NCBI GenBank assembly: GCA_963706025.1
Contig: CAVPLM010000020.1
Coordinates: forward strand, 58,293 to 122,292
DNA: 64,000 nt
From: an uncultured Actinomycetes bacterium
Lineage (GTDB): Bacteria; Actinomycetota; Thermoleophilia; RBG-16-64-13
Direction of reading: 5' to 3'
The position numbers and the translations under genes were made by a program. The notes under the pieces are model-generated. The model saw only the letters and a program-made list of their open reading frames with translations, was not told where the DNA came from and made no database searches. This document shows positions 10,300 to 18,214 of the stretch, one piece after another. Within the stretch, counting starts at the first letter, position 1; each line of letters begins with the position of its first letter.

Positions 10300-11769
10300 A
10301 TGGGTCCCGAAGACACTCACTCGAATGGCCAAGACCCCTGGGGCGCAGCACCCAGCCTCCGGTTTCCAGAGAGCCCGAGCCACGGACCGGAACCGCCGGA
10401 ACCGCCTGAGCCGCCTGTGACCGTGACTCGAGTCGAGCGTGTCTACTACGCGACCGGGGCTCTCTTCACCCTGGCCACGTCGATCATATGGGGGGTCAAC
10501 ACCCTTTTCCTGCTCGACGCCGGCCTGGACATATTCGGGGTGATGGTGGTGAACGCGACCTTCAGCGCCGCTCAGATCGTCTTCGAAGTGCCGACCGGGG
10601 TCATCGCCGACACCATCGGACGACGGGCCTCCTTCCTCATCGGCATCGGCGCCCTCATAGTAGCCACCCTGGGCTACGTGGGCTCCGCCGTCTTGGGATG
10701 GGGCATGGCCGGGTTCATCCTCGCCTCGATCCTACTTGGCTTCGGCTTCACCTGCCAGACCGGAGCGGTGGACGCCTGGCTGGTGGACGCCCTGGACTCC
10801 GCGGGATACAAGGGCAGGAAGGACCGGGTGTTCGCCCGCGGGGGCATGTTCATCGGCGTGTCCATGCTGGTGGGGACGTTGGGCGGAGGTCTCCTGGGGC
10901 AGTGGAATCTGGCCCTTCCCTACTACGTGCGTACCGGACTACTCTTCGCCGCTTTCGCCGTCACTCTGGTCTTCATGCACGACTTCGGTTTTCGTCCCCG
11001 GCCGCTCGAGCTGGCTCGCTTCGGGGAGGAGAGCCGCAAGATCTTCGCAGCCGGGATCACTCACGGCTGGCGCCATCCCGTCGTCCGGCCATTGCTGTTC
11101 GTCTCGCTCGTCAACGGTCTGCTGGTCTGGTATCTGTTCTATGCCTCCCAACCGTACGCGCTCGAACTGCTCGGTGAAGGAGACCTGGTCTGGGTGGCGG
11201 GGGTGGTCACCGCCCTCTTCGCGCTTTCCGGAGTAGTGGGAAACGCGCTGGTGAAGCGGCTTTCCCGTTCTCGGTTCGGGAAGCGCCCTGCCTCGATCCT
11301 TATGGTGGCATCCGCGGGGATGGCGACGCTCGCAGTGGGCATGGGGGTGACGGGCCTCCTGGCGCCGGGGGGCGGCAACACCTTGGCCTTCACCGTCTTG
11401 GTGGTGATGCTCGGCGGCTTCGGCGTCATAAGCGGCATCGCAGGCCCGATCCGTCAGGCGTACATCAACGAGCACATCCCTTCGCCGCAGCGGGCCACGG
11501 TACTGTCGTTCGACTCGTTCTTCGCAGACATCGGCGCAGTGGCCGGCCAGTTGGGATTGGGAGCGATCGCCCAGACTGCCTCCAAGGCCCTTGCCTACAC
11601 GATCGGCGGGATCATCTACTTCGCTGCCGCGCCGCTCTACCGCCGGGCAGGTAGGGCCTCAGAGAGAGATGTCGACCTCGAGACCTGCATGGCCGACGCG
11701 GGGGGCACCGAGGCATCCTGCCTCGCGGTGCCCGGGGATGTCGACACTGCCGCCGGCCGGCAACCGTAG
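10300..11769 (+). CDS. MFS transporter
   Basis: About 12 predicted TM helices and the MFS loop motif ...GVIADTIGRRASFL.... The N-terminal 40 aa are Pro-rich (PEPPEPPEPP), so the real start may be internal (GTG about 10418). Confidence 0.8.
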   Translation: MGPEDTHSNGQDPWGAAPSLRFPESPSHGPEPPEPPEPPVTVTRVERVYYATGALFTLATSIIWGVNTLFLLDAGLDIFGVMVVNATFSAAQIVFEVPTGVIADTIGRRASFLIGIGALIVATLGYVGSAVLGWGMAGFILASILLGFGFTCQTGAVDAWLVDALDSAGYKGRKDRVFARGGMFIGVSMLVGTLGGGLLGQWNLALPYYVRTGLLFAAFAVTLVFMHDFGFRPRPLELARFGEESRKIFAAGITHGWRHPVVRPLLFVSLVNGLLVWYLFYASQPYALELLGEGDLVWVAGVVTALFALSGVVGNALVKRLSRSRFGKRPASILMVASAGMATLAVGMGVTGLLAPGGGNTLAFTVLVVMLGGFGVISGIAGPIRQAYINEHIPSPQRATVLSFDSFFADIGAVAGQLGLGAIAQTASKALAYTIGGIIYFAAAPLYRRAGRASERDVDLETCMADAGGTEASCLAVPGDVDTAAGRQP

Positions 11770-11801
11770 CTTGTCCCGGAGAGGTCCGGCGGTTTACGCT
11801 G

Positions 11802-12908
11802 CTAAAGCAGGTTCTCGGGGTTGAGCCCCTGCAGCTCCGGGGGCACGAAGCGCCCGTCCTGACGCACCAGCACGTCGTCGAAGTAGACCTCGCCCCCGCC
11901 CCACTGGGGAGTCTGGATGAGCACCAAGTCCCAGTGGACACTCGAACGGTTTCCGTTGTCGGCAGCGTCGTAGGCCCGCCCGAGAGCGAGATGCAGGCTG
12001 CCGCCGATCTTCTCGTCGTAGAGCGTGTCCTTCATGGGGCGGTCGACGCAGGGATTGACCCCGAGGGCGAACTCGCCCACGTAGCGAGCCCCCTCGTCCG
12101 TGTCGAGCATCTGCAGGATCTTTTCCGGCTCGTTGCAGTCCGCGTCCACGACCCGGCCGGCCTTGAAGGTCAGGCGCACCCGTTCGTAGGTGGTGCCGTC
12201 CTCCAGGGACGGGGTGTTGAAGAGGATGACACCGTCCGCCGAGTTCCGCACCGGAGCGGTGAACACCTCCCCGTCGGGGATGTTGTTCTTACCCGCAGCC
12301 TTGATCACCGGGATCCCTTTGATGGAGAAGGAGATGTCGGTCCCCGGTGCGGTGATGCGCACCCGCTCGGTGCGCGACATCAAGTCGACCAACGGGTCCA
12401 TGGCCTTGTCCATGCGCGCGTAGTCCAAGGTCGAGACGTTCAGGCAGAAGTCCTCGAAAGCTTCTGTCGACATGCCTGCCGCCTGAGCGGCAGCCGGAGT
12501 GGGGAAGCGGAGCAGGCACCACTTCTTGGCCAGTACCAGCTCCATGAGGGGTTCGTTGGCCAGTCGGGACACCTCCAGGACGCCTCCGGGCACATCCGCC
12601 AACTCAGAAGCGTTGCTTCCCGCGAGGATGTAGAGACTGGCGTCGAGGTCTTTGAACTTCTGCATCTCCCAGGAGACCCGGAGGTCCAGTTGCTCGCGAG
12701 TGGCGCCCAGCAGCCAGGCCCGCCGCAGCTGCGGGTCTCCGATCTCGACGAAGGGCACGGCGCCCCGCCGATAGGCCGCCTCCACCAGAGCGATCATCAG
12801 GTCGCGCGAACCGGCCTCTCCGTCGATACCCACCTTCTCGCCGGGTTGCAGCTCGAGCGAGTAGTCAAGCAGGTTATCGGCCAGCTTGTCCAGCCGTGGG
12901 TCTCTCAT
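11802..12908 (-). CDS. M29-family aminopeptidase (AmpS/PepS-like)
   Basis: 369 aa from ATG 12908 (GAAAGGA upstream). Family-typical ...[18 protein letters not shown]... and ...[10 protein letters not shown]...SVHWDLV.... Confidence 0.85.
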   Translation of the reverse strand: MRDPRLDKLADNLLDYSLELQPGEKVGIDGEAGSRDLMIALVEAAYRRGAVPFVEIGDPQLRRAWLLGATREQLDLRVSWEMQKFKDLDASLYILAGSNASELADVPGGVLEVSRLANEPLMELVLAKKWCLLRFPTPAAAQAAGMSTEAFEDFCLNVSTLDYARMDKAMDPLVDLMSRTERVRITAPGTDISFSIKGIPVIKAAGKNNIPDGEVFTAPVRNSADGVILFNTPSLEDGTTYERVRLTFKAGRVVDADCNEPEKILQMLDTDEGARYVGEFALGVNPCVDRPMKDTLYDEKIGGSLHLALGRAYDAADNGNRSSVHWDLVLIQTPQWGGGEVYFDDVLVRQDGRFVPPELQGLNPENLL

Positions 12909-13071
12909 CAGCGGATCCTTTCTCGTGGGTACCTTTGCGTGCGCGCACCGCTTCGCGGAGTAAGTACTCGATCTGCCCGTTGACGCTGCGCAGCTCATCG
13001 GCGGCCCAGCTCTCCAGATCGGCCCACAAGCGGGGATCGATGCGGAGTAGGAACTGCTTGCGCTCAGCCAT
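12874..13071 (-). CDS. Arc/MetJ-type ribbon-helix-helix DNA-binding protein
   Basis: [42 protein letters not shown] has the beta-strand plus two-helix RHH signature. Its 3' end overlaps the aminopeptidase start by 35 nt. Confidence 0.65.
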   Translation of the reverse strand: MAERKQFLLRIDPRLWADLESWAADELRSVNGQIEYLLREAVRARKGTHEKGSADERPTAGQAGR

Positions 13072-13258
13072 CAGACGGCACCCCAGTAGGGGAGTTCCCA
13101 ACCATCTTCCCGCTCCGTGGCCACGGGAAACCTGGTCATGCCGGATCTTGCCTTGGGCTTAGAACTCGTTTCAGAACGAAGTTTTGGCCGCCTCATTCCG
13201 CGCTGGGCGGAGCGATCCATCGTCCTCTGTCGGCAAAGCGTCATTCTGAAACGAGCTT

Positions 13259-14290
13259 CTATTGGTAGAGGGTCCCGGTGTTCACCACCGGATGCACCTC
13301 GGATTCGCCGCACAGCACCACCATAAGATTGCTGACCATGGCCGCCTTGCGCTCGGAGTCGAGCTCCACCACTCCTTTCTCCGCCAGCTCGCGGAGGGCC
13401 ATGTCGACCATGCTCACCGCCCCGTGCACGATCTTCTGGCGGGCGTCGATCACGGCCTCGGCCTGCTGCCGCCGAAGCATGGCTTGGGCTATCTCGGGCG
13501 AGTAGGCCAAATGGGTGAGACGGGCCTCTTCGACCAGTACACCGGCCCGGGCCAGTCTCTGCCCCAACTCGTCTTTGAGCGCCTGCGACACCTCGTCGAC
13601 GTTACTGCGCAGGGTGATCTCGTGCTCTTCCCCGTGGTCGTAGGCGTACGAGCTGGCCAGGTGACGAAGGGCGGTCTCGCTCTGAGTCTCCACGTACACC
13701 TCGAAATCGTCCACGTCGAACACGGCCTGGGCGGTGTCGTGAACCCTCCAGACGACCACCGTGGCGATCTCGACCGGATTGCCCCGCCGGTCGTTGACCT
13801 TCAGTTTCGGCCCGTTGAGTGTCCGGGCCCGTACCGAGACCTTGTAGCGAGGGAACTTCTTGACGGCGCGGGAGGGTTGACCCTTCTTGCCGGCTCCGGT
13901 GGAGGCGCCGCCGGGTCCCTCGCCGCCCCGTCCGTCAGAGGCGGCCTTGGCTGAAGGACCATTGGAGTAGAAGGGATTGGCCCAGCGAAATCCTCCCTGC
14001 CTTACGGTTCCCCGATAGGCGCCAAAGAGCACCAGGACCCGGGTCTCGTTGGGCTCCAGCGTGAAGAACCCGGGGGCAAGAAATGAGCCCAGTATGAGCA
14101 GCACTATGCCGGGAGCCACCAGGGCCCAGATCTGTCCGGTGCTGAGACCTCCGTTGTCTCCATACACAGCCGCCAACACCAGTAGGACGATGCCCACGAC
14201 AAAGATCACGATCACGGCCGCAAGCATCCCCCAGCCGCTTATCGCCTTTGCTTCCCTCTCGTGGTTCAGTGACACCTGTTGCACGTCCAT
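13259..14290 (-). CDS. SPFH/band-7 domain membrane protein
   Basis: AGGAGG 4 nt upstream of the ATG. Two N-terminal TM helices are followed by an SPFH core (...[13 protein letters not shown]...VVVWRVHD...) and a coiled-coil tail (...[21 protein letters not shown]...). No NfeD partner is nearby. Confidence 0.8.
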   Translation of the reverse strand: MDVQQVSLNHEREAKAISGWGMLAAVIVIFVVGIVLLVLAAVYGDNGGLSTGQIWALVAPGIVLLILGSFLAPGFFTLEPNETRVLVLFGAYRGTVRQGGFRWANPFYSNGPSAKAASDGRGGEGPGGASTGAGKKGQPSRAVKKFPRYKVSVRARTLNGPKLKVNDRRGNPVEIATVVVWRVHDTAQAVFDVDDFEVYVETQSETALRHLASSYAYDHGEEHEITLRSNVDEVSQALKDELGQRLARAGVLVEEARLTHLAYSPEIAQAMLRRQQAEAVIDARQKIVHGAVSMVDMALRELAEKGVVELDSERKAAMVSNLMVVLCGESEVHPVVNTGTLYQ

Positions 14291-14391
14291 CTCTCCTCCT
14301 GTTAGTCGCCCCTTGCCTGGGGTGGCTCGGTAGCTGTTCCGAAAGCGCGCCAGGATCTGCCTAGCCGTGCTGGGCGAAGCCCGACAGAATA

Positions 14392-14420
14392 ATATTATTA
14401 CGATATCATTTAGAAATCAA
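14392..14420 (-). promoter_or_regulatory. near-consensus sigma-70-type promoter for the SPFH gene (TTGATT-17 nt-TAATAT)
   Basis: Read on the minus strand: aTTGATTtctaaatgatatcgtaaTAATATtattc, inside the only AT-rich patch of this intergenic region. The implied 5' UTR is about 95 nt. Confidence 0.45.
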
Positions 14421-14445
14421 TAGGGCGCCGACGGTTCCCCCGGGT

Positions 14446-14451
14446 TACAAT
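14446..14451 (+). promoter_or_regulatory. candidate -10 (TACAAT) for the thioesterase-LuxE-LuxC operon
   Basis: gggtTACAATgcgg lies 42 nt upstream of GTG 14493, divergent from the SPFH promoter. The -35 is weak. Confidence 0.35.
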
Positions 14452-14492
14452 GCGGCTGCAAGGTCCCCTACCTCCCCCCGCTAGGAGAGATA

Positions 14493-14963
14493 GTGCTGAG
14501 CCCCTATCCGGTGATCGTCGATGTGGTAGTGCGCTGGGCGGACATGGACGCTCTGGGCCACGTCAACAGTACGGCCTACTTCGAGTATTTCGAGACCGTA
14601 CGGATCGCCTATCTGGAGCGTATCGGGGTACCGCCCCCCCGGCTGGATGTGTGGGACTACGGTTTCATCTTGGCTACAAACAGCTGCCGCTATCGGGCGC
14701 CGGTGACCTATCCGGACACTCTGTCGGTGGGAGCGCGTGTGTCCGCCCTGGGAGACGACCGCTTCCTCATGGAGTACGAGGCGCGGAGCCGGGAACTGGG
14801 GAAGACGGTGGCTGATGGCGACACCCTCGTGGTCTCGTACGACTACGTGGCCGGTCGCCGAGTCCCGCTCCGCGCCGACTACCGGAGCGCCATCCTCGCC
14901 CTGGAGGAACGTGAACTCCCGCCCGTTCCCCGGCGCGGTGGGCGCGCACGGAGCACGGAGTAG
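14493..14963 (+). CDS. hotdog-fold acyl-CoA thioesterase (4HBT/YbgC-like)
   Basis: Signature ...VRWADMDALGHVNSTAYFEYFE.... GGAGAG lies upstream of the GTG start. Confidence 0.8.
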   Translation: MLSPYPVIVDVVVRWADMDALGHVNSTAYFEYFETVRIAYLERIGVPPPRLDVWDYGFILATNSCRYRAPVTYPDTLSVGARVSALGDDRFLMEYEARSRELGKTVADGDTLVVSYDYVAGRRVPLRADYRSAILALEERELPPVPRRGGRARSTE

Positions 14964-14984
14964 GCTGCGACCGCGATCCGAGGA

Positions 14985-16361
14985 GTGCAAGGAACCGTGG
15001 AACATGGCGCCCTCTCAACCGAAACGCTGAGCGACTTCTGGAGCCTGACCGAGCCCGAGCGCGACCAGACCGTGCTGCAAGGTATCCGGGCCACGCATTC
15101 CTGGCATTACGCGCGGAACACCGCCTATCGCAACGCGGTGGCCGCCCGGGGAGTGGGTCCCCGGGCCGAATCAGGCGATCTGCCTCGGCTGCTGCGGCCC
15201 ACGTCCCAGACCTTCAAATCGTACATCGACCTGCTGGGAACGCCCTTCCCCCAGGACGAACCCCGGGGTTTTGGGGAATGGCTCGCAGACCAGCTCTCGA
15301 TCGATCTTCCCCGTGAGCGTCTTCGTGGACTCCGCTCGAGCTACAGGTCTCTCGAGGCCCTCCTGCAGGCGATCGAGCACGCTTTCTCCGACTTCGACCT
15401 AGAGCTGCTCACGTCGAGTGGCACGTCGGGCAGAGCCACCATCATCGCTCGAGATCGGAGGAGCACCGACCTGAACGTGGAGAGCTTCTACCTATCCTTT
15501 CAGCGCTACCTCGGCATGAAGGCCGACCACCGGGCGATCTTCATGATGCCGAGACGGACCCGCATCGCTATGGCTCGAATGGCGCGGTTCAGTGTCCAGC
15601 GAGTGGGGCTGACTCCCGATCGGGTGCATTTCGCCATACCTTTCCCCGCTCATCCCGACCAAGTCCGCATCCGCGCAGGACGGGCGTTCCGGCTCGGTCG
15701 GCGCGGCTTGGTGGAGAGACGGGTCTGGCACCCGGCCATCAACGCCATCCAGGCACGCTATGTCGATCCTCGTGCCATCAGAGTGGCCCTCACCCGGCTC
15801 GACCGCGCCGCCCGTGAAGGCGAGAAGGTGCTGCTCTTCGGCAGTCTCACCCAACTACACGGAGTTGCCCTGGCACTGGTGCGCGCGAGCCGCACGATCC
15901 CCCTGGCTCCGGGCAGTTTGCTCGGCACCGGTGGAGGTATGAAAGAGGCCTATGCCTTCTCCCCCCACGAGATCAGGCGGGACCTGGAGCGCGTCTTCCC
16001 TTCGGCCGACGGCAGCGCCCTGCCTTTGCGGGACACGTACGGCATGGCCGAAGCCAATTGGGCGGCGATGCAATGCTCCGCCGGTAACTATCACGTCCCG
16101 CCTTGGGTCCACGCCGTGACTCTGGACGATGACGGTGAGCTCCGATCGGGAAGCAGAGCGACCGGGCTCCTGGCCTTTTTCGATCCTTTTGGAGGCGGTG
16201 ACCTGTTCCCGGGCTTCTTCCGCACAGCGGACCGGGTCACCCTGGTCGGCGGCCGTGAGGACACGATCTGCCCCTGCGGCGACGCCGGGGCCTACCTGGA
16301 GAAGGACTCCATCCAGCGCGTAGACCTATTGGGGGAGGCGGGATGCGCAGCCCAGGTGTGA
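14985..16361 (+). CDS. LuxE-like acyl-protein synthetase (adenylate-forming)
   Basis: N-terminal ...HSWHYARNTAYRNAV..., AMP-forming motif LLTSSGTSGRAT and a Cys-containing C-terminal tail (...TICPCGDAGAY...), as I recall for the LuxE family. The exact start is uncertain (GTG 14985 or 14997). Confidence 0.7.
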   Translation: MQGTVEHGALSTETLSDFWSLTEPERDQTVLQGIRATHSWHYARNTAYRNAVAARGVGPRAESGDLPRLLRPTSQTFKSYIDLLGTPFPQDEPRGFGEWLADQLSIDLPRERLRGLRSSYRSLEALLQAIEHAFSDFDLELLTSSGTSGRATIIARDRRSTDLNVESFYLSFQRYLGMKADHRAIFMMPRRTRIAMARMARFSVQRVGLTPDRVHFAIPFPAHPDQVRIRAGRAFRLGRRGLVERRVWHPAINAIQARYVDPRAIRVALTRLDRAAREGEKVLLFGSLTQLHGVALALVRASRTIPLAPGSLLGTGGGMKEAYAFSPHEIRRDLERVFPSADGSALPLRDTYGMAEANWAAMQCSAGNYHVPPWVHAVTLDDDGELRSGSRATGLLAFFDPFGGGDLFPGFFRTADRVTLVGGREDTICPCGDAGAYLEKDSIQRVDLLGEAGCAAQV

Positions 16362-18214
16362 TCGAGGGGTTCTGGCTCCCCAAAGCGATACGCCGCTCAG
16401 TCCTCGACGGGCGAAGGTCCTGGGACGAGTCGTGTTTCGCGGGCGGACGGGAGTGTGGTCGCGAGTGCGACGCGGACACGCCGGGAGCCGTCACTGCCCG
16501 TTGGCCACGCCTCACCGAGGAAGACTGGACGGTCTTACTCGATGGACTGGCCGCCGCTCGCGGGCGGGCCCCGCGCGGACCGGAGTTCTGGGGCCGTCTG
16601 AGAACGGCCCTGGCCGGCATCGCCCAGGGGCTTGCCGATCCGAAGAGTCCCGCCCGCCAAGGGATCGAGGCGATCCCTGCCTACACCGGCTACTCGCCGG
16701 CCATGATCGCCTCCGTGATGGCAGCCCCGGAGATATGGGACCTGGAGCAGATGGCTACAGCACTGGCCCTCGAGCCCACCAGAGCGGCGACGGCCCACTG
16801 GCAGCCCTTGCCCGGATTGCCCGGACGTCTGCGTTTCTTCCCTTCCCGCGCAGCAAAGATCGCCGGCGTGTCGGGCCGACTGCCCGTGTACTCCGGCCTG
16901 CCGCTTTTCGGCGCCCCGGAAACGCCTGGGTTCGTCACCGGATACGGAGCCGGAAACGTACCCGGGACCGCCCTCATCATCGTCCTTCTCGCCCTCTCGA
17001 CCACCCTCTGCGGTGGTGCGCCACCGGTGGTGCTGGTGCGCAACTCGCGGCGCGAGCCCATATTCAGTCCCCTCATCCTCCAGGCGCTGGAAGAGGCCGA
17101 CGAGGAGCTCGTCTCCACCGTCGCCGTCCTGGTGTGGGACTACGATGACGCGGCCCTCCAGAGCCGGCTTCTCAGCAGATCCGACCTCGTGATCGCGGCT
17201 GCCGGAGACGACACCATCGCCCGCATCGCGGGCCAGATCCCGCGGGCAGGCGATTCATCGGACCGGCCCCGCGTCCGTTTCCATCCCCACGGCCACAAAG
17301 TCAGCTTCTCGGCCATCGGCCGCGAGATGTTCGAGCTCGGTCACCAGAGCGCTCTGTCTTCGCGGGATAGTGGTCTCGTCGCCGCCGTCGCTCTCTTAGC
17401 CGGCCTCGACTCGGTCTTCTGGGATCAGAACGGCTGTCTCTCTTCCCGCATCCACTTCGTGGAAAGGAGCACGCAGCGGGATACCGCCCCGCTCGAGTAC
17501 GGCGAGCTTCTTACCGGTCAGCTTCGCCGGCTCTCCGAGGTGCTTCCCCGTGGCGCCTGGCCGCTCCGTCAGTTGCGCGACAGCTTCGACCGATACAAGG
17601 CCCTGGAGAGCTTGGGCGGCTCGAGCACCGGCCTGCGGGTCTTGTCGGACTACGACGATCCGTTCGTGGTGATACTGGACGAGAGGCTACCCGGCAGGCC
17701 CAGTCCGAACCCCGGAGTTTTCGGCGCCCTTGTCAACGACTGTCAGGGCCGGGTCGTGATCGTCCGTCCGGTGGACGATCTGATGGAACTGCCCCGCGAT
17801 TATCTCAGCCTGCTTCCCACCCGCTCTCTACAGTCCTTGAGCGTCGCCGTGGGCAGGCCCGGAGAGGGCCTGAGCCGACGCTTCCTCGATTTCGCCGGCG
17901 CCTGTGGAGCTCGCGGAGTGACGGCGATCCGGGTGGTGGGTCGAGGGGCCTTCCCGCAACTCGCCTACTCCTGGGACGGCCTGCTCCCCCTGGACCTGGT
18001 CTGTCGCCGGCCGGCCGGGCACTTCACGACCATCGAGTTCGATAAGCCTTTCGACGCGATGATGGAGACCTACCGGGCCTTCGTCGAGCGGATGGCAGAC
18101 TCGGCCAGGCCGGCCGGCGACCCGGCGGTCGGCAGCCGGGTCGTCGCGGCCACCGGCAGGCGCGACACCTCTCATCCGGGGTCTGCGCAGGCACAGACCC
18201 CCAGCGGTCAGTAA
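16343..18214 (+). CDS. LuxC-like acyl-CoA reductase (aldehyde-forming)
   Basis: ...GYGAGNVPGTA... and the ALDH-like catalytic Cys context ...FWDQNGCLSSRIHFVE.... It overlaps the LuxE-like gene by 19 nt. It is about 140 aa longer at the N-terminus than the canonical LuxC as I recall it. Confidence 0.7.
   Translation: MRSPGVIEGFWLPKAIRRSVLDGRRSWDESCFAGGRECGRECDADTPGAVTARWPRLTEEDWTVLLDGLAAARGRAPRGPEFWGRLRTALAGIAQGLADPKSPARQGIEAIPAYTGYSPAMIASVMAAPEIWDLEQMATALALEPTRAATAHWQPLPGLPGRLRFFPSRAAKIAGVSGRLPVYSGLPLFGAPETPGFVTGYGAGNVPGTALIIVLLALSTTLCGGAPPVVLVRNSRREPIFSPLILQALEEADEELVSTVAVLVWDYDDAALQSRLLSRSDLVIAAAGDDTIARIAGQIPRAGDSSDRPRVRFHPHGHKVSFSAIGREMFELGHQSALSSRDSGLVAAVALLAGLDSVFWDQNGCLSSRIHFVERSTQRDTAPLEYGELLTGQLRRLSEVLPRGAWPLRQLRDSFDRYKALESLGGSSTGLRVLSDYDDPFVVILDERLPGRPSPNPGVFGALVNDCQGRVVIVRPVDDLMELPRDYLSLLPTRSLQSLSVAVGRPGEGLSRRFLDFAGACGARGVTAIRVVGRGAFPQLAYSWDGLLPLDLVCRRPAGHFTTIEFDKPFDAMMETYRAFVERMADSARPAGDPAVGSRVVAATGRRDTSHPGSAQAQTPSGQ

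Noticed and set aside
12874-13071. Type II toxin-antitoxin module (RHH antitoxin)
   Set aside because: No small toxin ORF (ParE/RelE/VapC/HicA-like) is adjacent. The downstream partner is a 369-aa aminopeptidase.
13259-14290. SPFH-NfeD operon
   Set aside because: No NfeD-like membrane protease/OB-fold gene is present on either side. The SPFH gene appears monocistronic with its own promoter and downstream hairpin.
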